Assembly: GCA_902628925.1 (NCBI GenBank)
Contig: CACOPA010000002.1
Location: forward strand, 6,690 to 70,689
Reading direction: 5' to 3'
DNA length: 64,000 bases
Source: an uncultured SAR86 cluster bacterium
Lineage (GTDB): Bacteria > Pseudomonadota > Gammaproteobacteria > Magnimaribacterales > D2472
Both the position numbers and the translations under genes were made by a program. Shown here in pieces: positions 21,974 to 32,047 of the stretch (position 1 is its first letter; each line of letters starts with the position of its first letter). The notes below the pieces were generated by a model. That model was not told where the DNA came from. It searched no databases and saw only the letters and a list, made by a program, of their open reading frames with translations.

Positions 21974-22311
21974 TGGATACAAGAGCATATTTAAAAGGAT
22001 CAAGACTTTCACCTCAGAAAGCAGGACTAGTCGCTAATGAGATTAGAGGTAAATCTGTCCAAGATGCAATGGACTTTTTAACATTCAGCAAACAAAAGGC
22101 TGCATCTGTTATTAAAAAATTACTTGAATCAGCAATTGCAAATGCCGAAAACAATAACAAGCTTGATATTGATACATTGGAAGTCAAATCCATCATGGTC
22201 AATCAAGGAATGAGGCTTAAAAGAATGAGGCCCAGAGCAAGAGGTAGGGCTGATAGGATCATAAAGCCAACCTGTCACATTGAAATTATCTTATCGGATC
22301 AGGAGAAATAA
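21973..22311 (+). CDS. rplV: 50S ribosomal protein L22
   Basis: Position in the S10 operon. [18 protein letters not shown] motif. Confidence 0.97.
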   Translation: MDTRAYLKGSRLSPQKAGLVANEIRGKSVQDAMDFLTFSKQKAASVIKKLLESAIANAENNNKLDIDTLEVKSIMVNQGMRLKRMRPRARGRADRIIKPTCHIEIILSDQEK

Positions 22312-22961
22312 TGGGTCAAAAAGTTCATCCAACAGGTTTTCGACTTGGTGTTGTAAAAAAACATAATGCCAATTGGTACGCCAAAGGAAAGACCTTTAAA
22401 GAAAATCTAATCGAAGACTTGAAAGTAAGAGATTTTTTAAAGAATAAGCTTAGGTTTTCGTCAGTAAGCAAAGTTGAGATTGACAGATCAGCTCAAAATT
22501 TTACTGTTTCAATTCATACATCTAGGCCCGGAATCATTATTGGGAAAAAGGGAGAAGAGATTGAAAACATCAAAAAATCTATAGAAAAAATTGTAAATCG
22601 CCCTGCGCAAGTTCAAATAAAAGAAGTAAGAAAACCTGATCTTGATGCAACCATCCTTGCTGAAGGTATCGCACAACAGCTCGAAAGAAGGGTGCAGTTC
22701 AGGAGAGCTATGAAGAGGGCAGTCCAGAGTGCGCTTCGACAAGGAGCTAAAGGGGTGAGAACTGAGGTCTCTGGTCGATTAGGTGGAGCTGAGATCGCAA
22801 GAACGGAATGGTATCGAGAAGGCAGGGTGCCTTTGCATACTCTCAGAGCGGATGTGGACTATGGAACTGCAGAAGCTGCAACTACATATGGAATTATAGG
22901 TGTCAAAGTTTGGGTTTATCGTGGGGAAATCATGGAAGATCCATTTAAAGCGGAATTATAG
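22311..22961 (+). CDS. rpsC: 30S ribosomal protein S3
   Basis: [14 protein letters not shown]-terminus and KH-domain [11 protein letters not shown]. Confidence 0.99.
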   Translation: MGQKVHPTGFRLGVVKKHNANWYAKGKTFKENLIEDLKVRDFLKNKLRFSSVSKVEIDRSAQNFTVSIHTSRPGIIIGKKGEEIENIKKSIEKIVNRPAQVQIKEVRKPDLDATILAEGIAQQLERRVQFRRAMKRAVQSALRQGAKGVRTEVSGRLGGAEIARTEWYREGRVPLHTLRADVDYGTAEAATTYGIIGVKVWVYRGEIMEDPFKAEL

Positions 22962-22971
22962 GTATTAGAAG

Positions 22972-23376
22972 ATGTTACAACCAAAGCAAACAAAATTCAG
23001 AAAAATGCATAAAGGTCGTAATAGAGGCCTTGCTCAAAGTGGCAACACCGTTGCTTTCGGTAAATATGGCTTAAAGGCTTCTACTCGTGGCAGGATTACT
23101 GCTAGACAAATTGAAGCTGCAAGGCGAGCCATGACACGTTATATCAAACGTGGAGGAAATATTTGGATTAGGATTTTCCCTGACAAACCAATAACTAAAA
23201 AGCCTCTTGAAACTCGAATGGGTAAAGGTAAGGGTAACGTTGAGTACTGGGTCGCTCTAGTTCAGCCAGGAAAGATGTTATATGAAATGTCAGGGGTTGA
23301 AGAAGAAACAGCTAGAGAAGCATTTAGATTGGCTGCTGCAAAGCTCCCCGTAAAAACTACTTTTGTACAGAAATAA
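22972..23376 (+). CDS. rplP: 50S ribosomal protein L16
   Basis: [19 protein letters not shown] and RMGKGKGN. Confidence 0.99.
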   Translation: MLQPKQTKFRKMHKGRNRGLAQSGNTVAFGKYGLKASTRGRITARQIEAARRAMTRYIKRGGNIWIRIFPDKPITKKPLETRMGKGKGNVEYWVALVQPGKMLYEMSGVEEETAREAFRLAAAKLPVKTTFVQK

Positions 23377-23379
23377 ATT

Positions 23380-23601
23380 ATGGCTAAAGCTAAAGAAAAA
23401 TACATTGAAACCTTAAGATCACAAAAAGTTGATCAGCTTGAAAAAATGCTTCTTGATGAGAGAGAAGCTCAGTTCTCTAACAGGATTAAGCACAAGACAG
23501 GCCAGTTGAATGAGAGTCATTTATTGAGAGAGTCAAAGACAAAAATTGCTCAAATCAAAACTGTCATTAATGAAAAAAATAATGAGGAAACAAAATCATG
23601 A
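23380..23601 (+). CDS. rpmC: 50S ribosomal protein L29 (about 10 aa longer than the E. coli protein)
   Basis: Operon position between rplP and rpsQ. L29-like helical K/E-rich sequence with a C-terminal [10 protein letters not shown] tail. Confidence 0.9.
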   Translation: MAKAKEKYIETLRSQKVDQLEKMLLDEREAQFSNRIKHKTGQLNESHLLRESKTKIAQIKTVINEKNNEETKS

Positions 23602-23900
23602 GCTCGAATGCAAGACTCTTATCTGGTGTTGTTGTTAGTGATAAAGCAGATAAAACAATTACAGTTAAGGTAGAGAGAAAGGTTAAACATCCTAAGTATG
23701 GAAAAATTATTAAACGATCTACAAAGATTCATGCTCATGATGAAAGCAATTCAGCAAAGATCGGCGATGTTGTCACCGTCCAAGAATGTAAGCCTTATTC
23801 AAAAAATAAAACTTGGTTATTAATTGATTCTGCGATTGCAGGTAATGATAAAGCTGTTGAAGCTGAAGAAACTCAATCAAATGAGGAGCCTTCATCATGA
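23598..23900 (+). CDS. rpsQ: 30S ribosomal protein S17 with an acidic C-terminal tail
   Basis: [27 protein letters not shown] signature. Extra tail [24 protein letters not shown] overlaps on both sides. Confidence 0.96.
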   Translation: MSSNARLLSGVVVSDKADKTITVKVERKVKHPKYGKIIKRSTKIHAHDESNSAKIGDVVTVQECKPYSKNKTWLLIDSAIAGNDKAVEAEETQSNEEPSS

Positions 23901-24265
23901 TTCAGATGCAATCAATCCTTAATATTGCTGACAACAGCGGAGCCAGAAGCGTTATGTGCATCAAGGTACTTGGAGGCTCAAAGCGAAGATATGCAAGAAT
24001 TGGGGATATAGTTAAAGTTGCTGTTAAGGAAGCAATTCCTCAAGGTAAAGTTAAAAAAGGCCAAGTCGTAAATGCCCTGATTGTTCGAACAAAAAAAGGT
24101 GTCAGACGAAGAGATGGCTCATTGATTAAATTTGATGAAAATGCTGCTGTTTTACTTAATCAGCAACAAGCACCTATAGGTACTAGGGTCTTTGGTCCTG
24201 TGACGAGAGAGCTCCGTTCAGGTAATTTTATGAAAATATTATCTTTAGCACCTGAGGTTTTATAG
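23897..24265 (+). CDS. rplN: 50S ribosomal protein L14
   Basis: [18 protein letters not shown]-terminus. Confidence 0.99.
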   Translation: MIQMQSILNIADNSGARSVMCIKVLGGSKRRYARIGDIVKVAVKEAIPQGKVKKGQVVNALIVRTKKGVRRRDGSLIKFDENAAVLLNQQQAPIGTRVFGPVTRELRSGNFMKILSLAPEVL

Positions 24266-24267
24266 AC

Positions 24268-24594
24268 ATGTCTTCACTACATACAAAAACTAAGTTTATA
24301 AGCGGTGATGAAGTAGTGGTAATTGCTGGGAAAGATTTGGGCAAAAGAGGAACTTTGCAAAAAATCCTTAAAGGTAATAAAGCAATTGTAACCGGCTTAA
24401 ACTTAGTAAAAAAACATACCAAACCTAACCCTCAAATGGGTATTACCGGAGGTATTGTCGAGCAAGAAGCAGCCATTGCTATTTCAAATTTAGCTATTTG
24501 GAATCCAAAAAAGAAAAAAGCTGATCGCATTGGATATGAAATTAAAGATGATGTAAAAACAAGAATTTTTAAATCAGACAACTCAAAAATATAA
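24268..24594 (+). CDS. rplX: 50S ribosomal protein L24
   Basis: KOW motif [16 protein letters not shown]. Operon position. Confidence 0.96.
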   Translation: MSSLHTKTKFISGDEVVVIAGKDLGKRGTLQKILKGNKAIVTGLNLVKKHTKPNPQMGITGGIVEQEAAIAISNLAIWNPKKKKADRIGYEIKDDVKTRIFKSDNSKI

Positions 24595-24596
24595 AC

Positions 24597-25133
24597 ATGA
24601 ACTTAAAAGAAACTTTTAACAAAGAGATAGTACCTCAACTTAAAGAAACTCTTGGCTTAGATAATGTTATGGCTGTTCCAAGGGTAACAAAAATTGTTGT
24701 AAATATGGGCGTTGGTGAGGCTGCAATTGATAAGAAGCATCTTGAGTCTGCCCAGAATGATTTGCAGGCTATAACTGGACAGAAGCCAGTTGTTACCAAG
24801 GCAAGAAAATCTGTTGCTAGCTTTAAAATTAGAGACGGCTGGCCTATAGGTTGCAAAGTAACCTTGCGCGGCAAACGTATGTATGATTTTTTAGAAAGAC
24901 TTATACATATTGCTATTCCAAGAGAAAGGGATTTTAGAGGATTAAATCCAAAATCATTTGATGGGCAAGGGAACTACAGCATGGGAATCAAAGAGCAAAT
25001 TATTTTTCCCGAAATTAACTATGATCACATTGACAAAATAAGGGGCATGGATATTTGCATTAACACTTCTGCAAAAAATAAAGATGAGGCAAAAGCTCTA
25101 TTGGAGGCCCTTCAATTTCCATTTAAGAAATAG
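24597..25133 (+). CDS. rplE: 50S ribosomal protein L5
   Basis: [15 protein letters not shown] and [28 protein letters not shown]. Confidence 0.99.
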   Translation: MNLKETFNKEIVPQLKETLGLDNVMAVPRVTKIVVNMGVGEAAIDKKHLESAQNDLQAITGQKPVVTKARKSVASFKIRDGWPIGCKVTLRGKRMYDFLERLIHIAIPRERDFRGLNPKSFDGQGNYSMGIKEQIIFPEINYDHIDKIRGMDICINTSAKNKDEAKALLEALQFPFKK

Positions 25134-25141
25134 GAATTTTT

Positions 25142-25447
25142 ATGACAAGAAAATCAATAATAGCAAGAGAAAACAAAAGGCTTAAGACAGTCAAGAAATA
25201 TGCTGCAAAAAGAGCTGCGTTAAAGAAGGCTTTCTTAGACCAAAATAATTCTTACGAAGATAGAATGGCTGCTTTTGCAAAATTACAAAAATTACCTCGG
25301 GACGCGAGTCCATCAAGGGGAGTTAGAAGGTGCTCAATCACTGGTAGACCACATGCGGTCTACAGGAAGTTTGGGTTAAGCAGAATAAAACTTCGGGAAG
25401 CTGCTATGCGTGGTGATGTTCCGGGTTTAGTTAAGTCAAGTTGGTAA
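25142..25447 (+). CDS. rpsN: 30S ribosomal protein S14 (long, non-zinc type)
   Basis: [36 protein letters not shown]...GLVKSSW. Confidence 0.98.
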   Translation: MTRKSIIARENKRLKTVKKYAAKRAALKKAFLDQNNSYEDRMAAFAKLQKLPRDASPSRGVRRCSITGRPHAVYRKFGLSRIKLREAAMRGDVPGLVKSSW

Positions 25448-25451
25448 TAAT

Positions 25452-25847
25452 ATGAGTTTTCAAGATCCGATATCCGATTGTTTAACAAGAATTAGAAACG
25501 GCTTAATGAGAGGCAAAAAATCTGTGGACGTTCCTTTTTCAAAATTCAAATCTGAATTAGTCAGTGTTTTAGTTAATGAAGGTTTTTTAGTTGGAAGTGA
25601 AAGAAAATCAGTAGATGGTAAAGATTTTATTGATGTAAAGCTCAAATATATCAATGAAGAGCCTGCCATTAAAGAGCTAAAGAGAATAAGCAAACCAAGT
25701 CTAAGACGTTATTCTGGTCCTAATGATCTGGGTGCAGTAAAAAATGGTCTTGGGGTATATATCCTAACTACCAATAAAGGATTGCTAACTGATAAACAAG
25801 CCAAAGCATCTAATGTGGGCGGCGAAATAATTTGTGAAGTATTTTAA
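25452..25847 (+). CDS. rpsH: 30S ribosomal protein S8
   Basis: DPISDCLTRIRNG N-terminus and GGEIICEVF C-terminus. Confidence 0.98.
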   Translation: MSFQDPISDCLTRIRNGLMRGKKSVDVPFSKFKSELVSVLVNEGFLVGSERKSVDGKDFIDVKLKYINEEPAIKELKRISKPSLRRYSGPNDLGAVKNGLGVYILTTNKGLLTDKQAKASNVGGEIICEVF

Positions 25848-25849
25848 TT

Positions 25850-26398
25850 ATGTCTAGAGTTGCAAAAAGTCCAATTTCAATCCTTCAAGGTGCAGAAGTA
25901 TCTTTGCTAGATTCTAAAATTGAAGTCACAGGTCCTAAAGGTAAAGATGAATTTTCTTTTCCAAAAACTGTATCTATTGAACAAAGCGATTCAGAGCTTT
26001 TAGTTAAATATGATGAAGAATCGACTAGTTCCACTGCTCTTGCGGGTACGACTCGCTCGATAGTAAACAACATGATTATTGGGGTTACTGAAGGTTTTCA
26101 AAAGAAACTAGAGCTTGTCGGCGTTGGTTACAGAGCAAAGGTAAGTGGTAAATCAATTGATCTTACTTTAGGATTTTCACATCCAGTTAAATACGATCTT
26201 CCTGATGCAGTAAGTGCGGAGACACCGTCCAACACTGAGATTGTCCTGAGCAGTCATAACAAACAAATATTAGGCCAAGTTGCTGCAGAAATTAGAGCAT
26301 TTAGACCACCTGAGCCTTACAAGGGGAAAGGAGTTAAATATGCAGATGAAAGAATAAAACGCAAAGAAGCTAAGAAGGCTGCTGGAGCAGGAGCATAA
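25850..26398 (+). CDS. rplF: 50S ribosomal protein L6
   Basis: MSRVAKSPI and GVGYRA...PEPYKGKGVKYADE. Confidence 0.98.
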   Translation: MSRVAKSPISILQGAEVSLLDSKIEVTGPKGKDEFSFPKTVSIEQSDSELLVKYDEESTSSTALAGTTRSIVNNMIIGVTEGFQKKLELVGVGYRAKVSGKSIDLTLGFSHPVKYDLPDAVSAETPSNTEIVLSSHNKQILGQVAAEIRAFRPPEPYKGKGVKYADERIKRKEAKKAAGAGA

Positions 26399-26400
26399 AC

Positions 26401-26745
26401 ATGTCAAAAGTAATATCAAGACTTAGAAGAGCAGCTAAAACAAGGATTAAAGTAGCAGGTCAAGAAAAGCCAAGGCTATCTGTTTACAAATCCAATAGTA
26501 ATCTTTATGCACAAATTGTTGAGCCAAGAGGAAGCAAAGTTCTCGTAACGGCTTCAACTAATGAAAAAGATAACAAATTAGATAAATCAAATGTTGAAAC
26601 AGCAAAAGTTGTAGGCAAATTAGTTGCCGAGCGTGCACTTGAAGCTGGCATCAAAAGTGTTGTTTTTGATAGGTCGGGATATTTATATCATGGCAAAATC
26701 AAAGCAATTGCAGAATCAGCCAGAGAAGCTGGCTTGGAGTTTTAA
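26401..26745 (+). CDS. rplR: 50S ribosomal protein L18
   Basis: [28 protein letters not shown]-terminus. Confidence 0.98.
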   Translation: MSKVISRLRRAAKTRIKVAGQEKPRLSVYKSNSNLYAQIVEPRGSKVLVTASTNEKDNKLDKSNVETAKVVGKLVAERALEAGIKSVVFDRSGYLYHGKIKAIAESAREAGLEF

Positions 26746-26746
26746 T

Positions 26747-27247
26747 ATGGATCAAAACTTAGCTGTCCAACAACAAGACGTACTTGAAGAAAAGCTCGTA
26801 CAAGTAAATAGAGTCGCAAAAGTTGTAAAAGGTGGAAGAATATTTGGTTTTACTGCATTAACGGTAGTTGGCGATGGAAAAGGAAAAGTTGGCTTTGGAA
26901 GAGGTAAAGCTAAAGAGGTGCCTGTAGCAATTCAAAAAGCCATGGAGAACGCAAGAAGAAATATGGTGGATGTAAGCCTAAATGGAACCACTTTATGGTA
27001 TCCGATTAAAGCCAAGCATGGTTCCGCAAAAGTTTATATGCAGCCTGCCTCAGAAGGTACAGGTATTATTGCGGGTGGCGCAATGAGGGCCGTTTTAGAA
27101 TTAGTTGGAGTTCAAAATGTTCTTGCAAAATGTTATGGATCAACTAATCCGGTTAATGTGGTTAGGGCAACAGTTAATGCACTTAAGTCAATGGAATCCC
27201 CTGAATCAGTAGCCTCCCGGAGAGGCAAGACCGTGGAGGAAATCTAG
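26747..27247 (+). CDS. rpsE: 30S ribosomal protein S5
   Basis: True start is ATG 26747, 1 nt after the rplR stop (MDQNLA...[25 protein letters not shown]). The track start at 26624 runs through rplR in another frame. Confidence 0.97.
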   Translation: MDQNLAVQQQDVLEEKLVQVNRVAKVVKGGRIFGFTALTVVGDGKGKVGFGRGKAKEVPVAIQKAMENARRNMVDVSLNGTTLWYPIKAKHGSAKVYMQPASEGTGIIAGGAMRAVLELVGVQNVLAKCYGSTNPVNVVRATVNALKSMESPESVASRRGKTVEEI

Positions 27248-27447
27248 TGGCTGACAAGAAGATAACTATCAAGCTTATTAAAAGTGGAATTGGAAGAATT
27301 AAATCTCATAAGCAATGCATCAAAGGTTTGGGATTTAGAAAACTCAATCAGGTAATTGAGGTAGAGGATACCCCAAGCGTAAGGGGCATGATAAATAAAA
27401 TTAAAGATATGGTTATAGAAATATCACCTGAGGCTAAAAATGGTTAA
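27247..27447 (+). CDS. rpmD: 50S ribosomal protein L30
   Basis: GTG start overlapping the rpsE TAG. IKLIKSGIGRIKSHKQCIKGLGFRKLNQ pattern. Confidence 0.93.
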   Translation: MADKKITIKLIKSGIGRIKSHKQCIKGLGFRKLNQVIEVEDTPSVRGMINKIKDMVIEISPEAKNG

Positions 27448-27865
27448 ATTAAATACTTTAAGCTCAAAAGGCACTACGCAGAACAGAAAGAGAGTTGGCA
27501 GAGGTATTGGATCCGGACAAGGGAAAACATCTGGTAGAGGTCATAAGGGCCAAAAATCAAGATCCGGTGGTTCTATTGCTCGTGGCTTTGAGGGTGGTCA
27601 AATGCCACTTCAACAAAGAGTACCTAAGTTCGGTTTCTCTTCAAGGGTAAATAATAATTTAAAACAATTGAATCTTAGAGATCTTAAGGGTTTATCAGAA
27701 GTCTCTTTGGAGACATTAAAAGAAAATAAGCTTATTTCAAAGTCTGTGACCAAAGTAAAAGTATTTGGGAAGTATGACTTAGACAAAGCAATAAACTTTT
27801 CGGGCGTTTTATTGACTAAAGGAGCACTTGAATCTATTGAAAAAGCTGGAGGCAAGGTAAGTTAG
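27440..27865 (+). CDS. rplO: 50S ribosomal protein L15
   Basis: [27 protein letters not shown] signature. 8-nt overlap with rpmD. Confidence 0.98.
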   Translation: MVKLNTLSSKGTTQNRKRVGRGIGSGQGKTSGRGHKGQKSRSGGSIARGFEGGQMPLQQRVPKFGFSSRVNNNLKQLNLRDLKGLSEVSLETLKENKLISKSVTKVKVFGKYDLDKAINFSGVLLTKGALESIEKAGGKVS

Positions 27866-27867
27866 AC

Positions 27868-29160
27868 GTGGCTGATTCAAATAACATGAGCGATTTATGG
27901 AAAAGGCTTAGATTCGTCCTTATTGGTATCATCGTTTATCGCATTGGTACTCACATTCCTATACCAGGCATTGATCCTCAAAGGCTTTCATCTTTATTTG
28001 ATCAAAATCAGGGAACCATCTTAGAGTTATTTAATTTATTTTCGGGAGGCGCTCTTGAAAGAATGAGCATCTTTGCCTTAAATGTTGTTCCGTACATTTC
28101 GGCTGCAATTATCATGCAGCTTTTCTCTAACTCTATTCCTTATTTAATAGAGCTCAAAAAAGATGGTCAAGCTGGTAGAAATGCAATCACTCAGTACACA
28201 AGATATGGAACAGTACTATTAGCATTTATTCAAGCTTCAGCCTTAGCAGTCACACTTAGTTCGGGTGGTTTAGCTTACAATCCTGGTACAGCTTTTTTTG
28301 TATCAGCTGTTTTTAGTGTGGTTGCTGGAACAATTTTCTTGATGTGGTTAGGGGAGCAAATATCGGAAAGGGGCATTGGTAATGGAATCTCAATTATCAT
28401 TGCTACAAGTATTCTTACAGGAATACCTAGCGCAATAGGTCAAGCTCTTGAGCAAGCCCGTCAAGGAGATTTGAATATACTCATGCTTTTAAGCATAGGT
28501 GTTCTAGCAATGGTTGTTATTGCTGTTGTCGTCTTTATTGAAAGAGGTCAAAGACGAATTACTGTAAATTATGCACAGAGACAGCAGGGCAGAAAGCTAA
28601 TGCAAGCTCAAGCCAGCCATCTTCCTTTTAAAGTAAACATGGCAGGGGTAATACCTGCAATTTTTGCAAGTACCTTTTTACTGTTTCCAGCCTCATTATC
28701 AACATGGTTTGGTCAAGGTGAAAACTTTGGATTTTTACAATCAATTTCATTGGCTTTAAATCCTGGGCAGCCTCTATATGTTCTTACTTTCGCTGCATTG
28801 ATAATTTCATTTTGTTTCATTTGGCTCGCATTAACTTTCAATACTAGAGAGGTATCTGACAATTTAAAAAGATCAGGTGCGTATATTCCAGGTATTAGGC
28901 CAGGCGAACAAACTGCTGGATATATAGACAATGTTTTAGCAAGACTAACCGTATTTGGAAGCATTTATTTAACATTAATATGTTTATTGCCTTTAGCACT
29001 TATCAACTTTGCAGGAGTGTCTTTTTATCTTGGAGGAACATCGGTCCTAATTATTGTGGTTGTGCTAATGGATTTCATGTCACAAGTTCAATCTCATATG
29101 ATGTCCTCTCAATATTCATCCTTACTTAAGAAGGCAAACCTTAAAAACTATAGAAGATAA
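27868..29160 (+). CDS. secY: preprotein translocase subunit SecY
   Basis: GTG start. [14 protein letters not shown] and [17 protein letters not shown] motifs, 10 hydrophobic segments. Confidence 0.98.
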   Translation: MADSNNMSDLWKRLRFVLIGIIVYRIGTHIPIPGIDPQRLSSLFDQNQGTILELFNLFSGGALERMSIFALNVVPYISAAIIMQLFSNSIPYLIELKKDGQAGRNAITQYTRYGTVLLAFIQASALAVTLSSGGLAYNPGTAFFVSAVFSVVAGTIFLMWLGEQISERGIGNGISIIIATSILTGIPSAIGQALEQARQGDLNILMLLSIGVLAMVVIAVVVFIERGQRRITVNYAQRQQGRKLMQAQASHLPFKVNMAGVIPAIFASTFLLFPASLSTWFGQGENFGFLQSISLALNPGQPLYVLTFAALIISFCFIWLALTFNTREVSDNLKRSGAYIPGIRPGEQTAGYIDNVLARLTVFGSIYLTLICLLPLALINFAGVSFYLGGTSVLIIVVVLMDFMSQVQSHMMSSQYSSLLKKANLKNYRR

Positions 29161-29162
29161 TT

Positions 29163-29279
29163 ATGAAAGTAAGAGCATCAGTTAAAAAGATTTGCAGGGA
29201 TTGCAAATTAGTTAGAAGAAAAGGAGTTTTGTATGTTATTTGCAAAACAGAACCTAAGCACAAACAAAAACAAGGATAA
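29163..29279 (+). CDS. rpmJ: 50S ribosomal protein L36
   Basis: Not in the track (38 aa). Translates [38 protein letters not shown]. Canonical position after secY. Confidence 0.97.
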   Translation: MKVRASVKKICRDCKLVRRKGVLYVICKTEPKHKQKQG

Positions 29280-29282
29280 TTT

Positions 29283-29639
29283 ATGGCAAGAATAGCAGGT
29301 GTAAATGTTCCGGAAAACAAGCATTTAGAGATAGCTTTAACTCATATTTATGGTGTTGGAAGAAAAACAGCCCAAAATATTTGTGGTAAAGCTGGAATCG
29401 AGTATACAAAAAAAATATCAGACATTACCGAAGAGGATGTTGAAAAAATTCGAACCGAGGTCGCCAACTATACGGTTGAAGGCGATCTAAGAAGAGAAGT
29501 TAGTACCAACATTAAAAGGTTAATGGACCTTGGAACGTATCGAGGTATTCGCCATAGAAGAAAATTGCCAACAAGAGGTCAAAGAACCAAAACTAATGCA
29601 AGGACCCGAAAGGGGCCAAAAAAACCAATGAGGGCTTAA
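29283..29639 (+). CDS. rpsM: 30S ribosomal protein S13
   Basis: [14 protein letters not shown] and [23 protein letters not shown]. Confidence 0.99.
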   Translation: MARIAGVNVPENKHLEIALTHIYGVGRKTAQNICGKAGIEYTKKISDITEEDVEKIRTEVANYTVEGDLRREVSTNIKRLMDLGTYRGIRHRRKLPTRGQRTKTNARTRKGPKKPMRA

Positions 29640-29642
29640 TTA

Positions 29643-30020
29643 ATGGCTGTAAAAGGGAAAAAAGCAAAGAAAGTTATATCTGAGGGGATAGCTCATATCC
29701 ACTCTTCATTTAACAACACGATTATTACCATAACTGATAAGCAAGGTAACGCTGTTTGTTGGGCTACTTCCGGTGGATCAGGTTTTAGGGGTTCAAGAAA
29801 AAGTACTCCGTTCGCAGCCCAGATTGCTGCAGAGAAGGCTGGAAATGCTGCAAAAGAGTTTGGAATGATGAGTTTAGATGTTAAAGTGCGTGGTCCTGGG
29901 TCAGGCAGAGAGTCTGCAATTAGGTCTCTAAATGCCTGCGGATTAAAAATAAGGAGTATTACTGATGTGACTCCACTGCCCCATAATGGATGCAGACCAC
30001 CCAAGAAGAGAAGAGTTTAA
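29643..30020 (+). CDS. rpsK: 30S ribosomal protein S11
   Basis: [18 protein letters not shown] and [20 protein letters not shown]. Confidence 0.99.
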   Translation: MAVKGKKAKKVISEGIAHIHSSFNNTIITITDKQGNAVCWATSGGSGFRGSRKSTPFAAQIAAEKAGNAAKEFGMMSLDVKVRGPGSGRESAIRSLNACGLKIRSITDVTPLPHNGCRPPKKRRV

Positions 30021-30029
30021 GGAGTAATT

Positions 30030-30650
30030 ATGGCTAGATATCGAGGTCCATCACTCAGGCTTTCCAGGCGGGAAGGGACTGATTTAATGCTTAAAAGTGG
30101 CGTAAGAGCTATTGAATCTAAGTGCAACATGGAAACCGCACCTGGAGTTCATGGTCTAAGAAGAGGTAGGTTATCTGACTACGGATTACAGCTTAGAGAA
30201 AAACAGAAGGTTAGAAGAATGTACGGAGTTCTTGAAAAACAATTTAGGAATTATTACAAAAAGGCTGCTAAAGCCAAGGGTAACACTGGTGAGAACTTAT
30301 TATTTTATTTAGAACAACGGCTTGATAATGTTGTTTATAGAATGGGCTTTGCGTCTACTCGTGCTGAAGCAAGGCAATTAGTTAGCCATAAAGCTTTTCA
30401 TGTAAATGGGAAGACAGTCAACATACCTTCTTATCAAGTTCAGCCAGATGACATAGTTGAGGTAAGGGAAAAATCAAGATCTCAAACTCGAATTAAGTCT
30501 GCATTAGAGTTGAGCGCCCAAAGAGAAGTGTGCGAATGGCTTGATGTAGATAACAATGCTTTTAAGGGGGTATTTAAGTCTGTACCAGATAGAACAGATT
30601 TAAGTGCTGAAATTAACGAAAATCTCATCGTTGAGCTTTACTCCAAATAA
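30030..30650 (+). CDS. rpsD: 30S ribosomal protein S4
   Basis: [17 protein letters not shown]-terminus and the S4 domain [24 protein letters not shown]. Confidence 0.99.
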   Translation: MARYRGPSLRLSRREGTDLMLKSGVRAIESKCNMETAPGVHGLRRGRLSDYGLQLREKQKVRRMYGVLEKQFRNYYKKAAKAKGNTGENLLFYLEQRLDNVVYRMGFASTRAEARQLVSHKAFHVNGKTVNIPSYQVQPDDIVEVREKSRSQTRIKSALELSAQREVCEWLDVDNNAFKGVFKSVPDRTDLSAEINENLIVELYSK

Positions 30651-30662
30651 GAGGAAAAAATT

Positions 30663-31628
30663 ATGCAAACATCAGTTATTGATTTATTAGTACCAACTGA
30701 AATTCAGGTTGAGGACATCAATGAAACAACTTCAAAGATAACACTTGAGCCTCTAGAAAGAGGTTTTGGTCATACACTAGGCAATGCCTTAAGAAGAATA
30801 TTGTTATCTTCTATGCCTGGTGCAGCCATCACAGATGTAAAGATTGAAGGCATCTCACATGAGTACTCAACAATTGAAGGCATCAGAGAGGATGTTATTG
30901 ATATTCTTTTAAATCTAAAAGATATGCCAGTTAATTTACTAGAAGGAACATCTGCTGAAATAAAGCTTGATATGGCTGGTCCCTCTGAGGTAACAGCATC
31001 ATCCTTTGAAGTGCCGGGTAATGTTGAACTGGTTAACCCAGATCATCATGTGGCATCTTTAGTGGATAAGGTTAACCTTACACTTACAGCGACAGTTAAA
31101 ACTGGCAGAGGATATGAGCCAGCTGATCTGCGTGGAGAGGAAGAAACTCAGGTTGGAGCACTTAAAGTTGATGCCTCCTTTAGTCCTGTAAAAAGAGTTG
31201 CTTATTCAGTAGAAAATGCTCGTTTTGAGAAGAGAACTGACTTAGATAAGTTAATTGTTGAACTTGAAACTGATGGCACCTTAAATCCTAAAGAAGCAAT
31301 TGAACATTCAGCTACAATCATGCAGCAACAATTGGCTGCTTTTGTGAATCTTGATGCAATTGCAGAACAAGAAGCTAAAAAAGAGCAAAATGATTTTGAT
31401 CCACTACTTATGAGATCAATCGAAGAGCTTGAATTAACCGTTAGATCAACAAACTGTTTAAAAGCTGAGAGTATTTTCTTGATTGGAGACTTAATACAAA
31501 GAAGTGAATTCGACTTACTTAAGACTCCTAACCTTGGAAAAAAATCTCTTAACGAAATTAAAGACGTCCTTGCATCAAAAGGGTTTGCACTTGGCACAAC
31601 AATTGATAATTGGCCACCTATGGGGTAA
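30663..31628 (+). CDS. rpoA: DNA-directed RNA polymerase subunit alpha
   Basis: [23 protein letters not shown] and the C-terminal domain [15 protein letters not shown]. Confidence 0.99.
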   Translation: MQTSVIDLLVPTEIQVEDINETTSKITLEPLERGFGHTLGNALRRILLSSMPGAAITDVKIEGISHEYSTIEGIREDVIDILLNLKDMPVNLLEGTSAEIKLDMAGPSEVTASSFEVPGNVELVNPDHHVASLVDKVNLTLTATVKTGRGYEPADLRGEEETQVGALKVDASFSPVKRVAYSVENARFEKRTDLDKLIVELETDGTLNPKEAIEHSATIMQQQLAAFVNLDAIAEQEAKKEQNDFDPLLMRSIEELELTVRSTNCLKAESIFLIGDLIQRSEFDLLKTPNLGKKSLNEIKDVLASKGFALGTTIDNWPPMG

Positions 31629-31633
31629 CTCAA

Positions 31634-32047
31634 ATGAGACATAGAAAATCAGGTAGAAAGTTAAACAGAAACTCATCACATAGAAAGGCTCTCTTTAAGA
31701 ACCTTTCTATAGCTTTTATAAAACAAGAGCTTATAAAAACTACGCTACCAAAAGCAAAAGAGCTTCGACGACATCTTGAGCCATTAATTACTATGGCCAA
31801 AGAAGATACTGTTGCCAACCGTAGACATGTTTTTTCAAAGCTTCGTGATGATGAAGCTGTAGCAAAGCTTTTTACAGAAATATCTGTTAAATCAAAAGAT
31901 AGGCCTGGCGGTTACTTGCGTATTATTAAGGCAGGCTTCAGACCGGGCGACAAGGCTGATATGGCCTATGTAGAATGGGTCGATAGAGCAGGAACTGAAG
32001 ATCCGATAGATGATACTCCTGAGCTAAAAGAAGACTCTGCTGCTTAA
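31634..32047 (+). CDS. rplQ: 50S ribosomal protein L17
   Basis: [20 protein letters not shown]-terminus at ATG 31634. The track start at 31610 overlaps rpoA. Confidence 0.97.
   Translation: MRHRKSGRKLNRNSSHRKALFKNLSIAFIKQELIKTTLPKAKELRRHLEPLITMAKEDTVANRRHVFSKLRDDEAVAKLFTEISVKSKDRPGGYLRIIKAGFRPGDKADMAYVEWVDRAGTEDPIDDTPELKEDSAA

Noticed and set aside
26624-26746. 41-codon N-terminal extension of rpsE overlapping rplR
   Set aside because: The S5 homology begins at ATG 26747, right after the rplR stop. The extension is an alternative frame of rplR.
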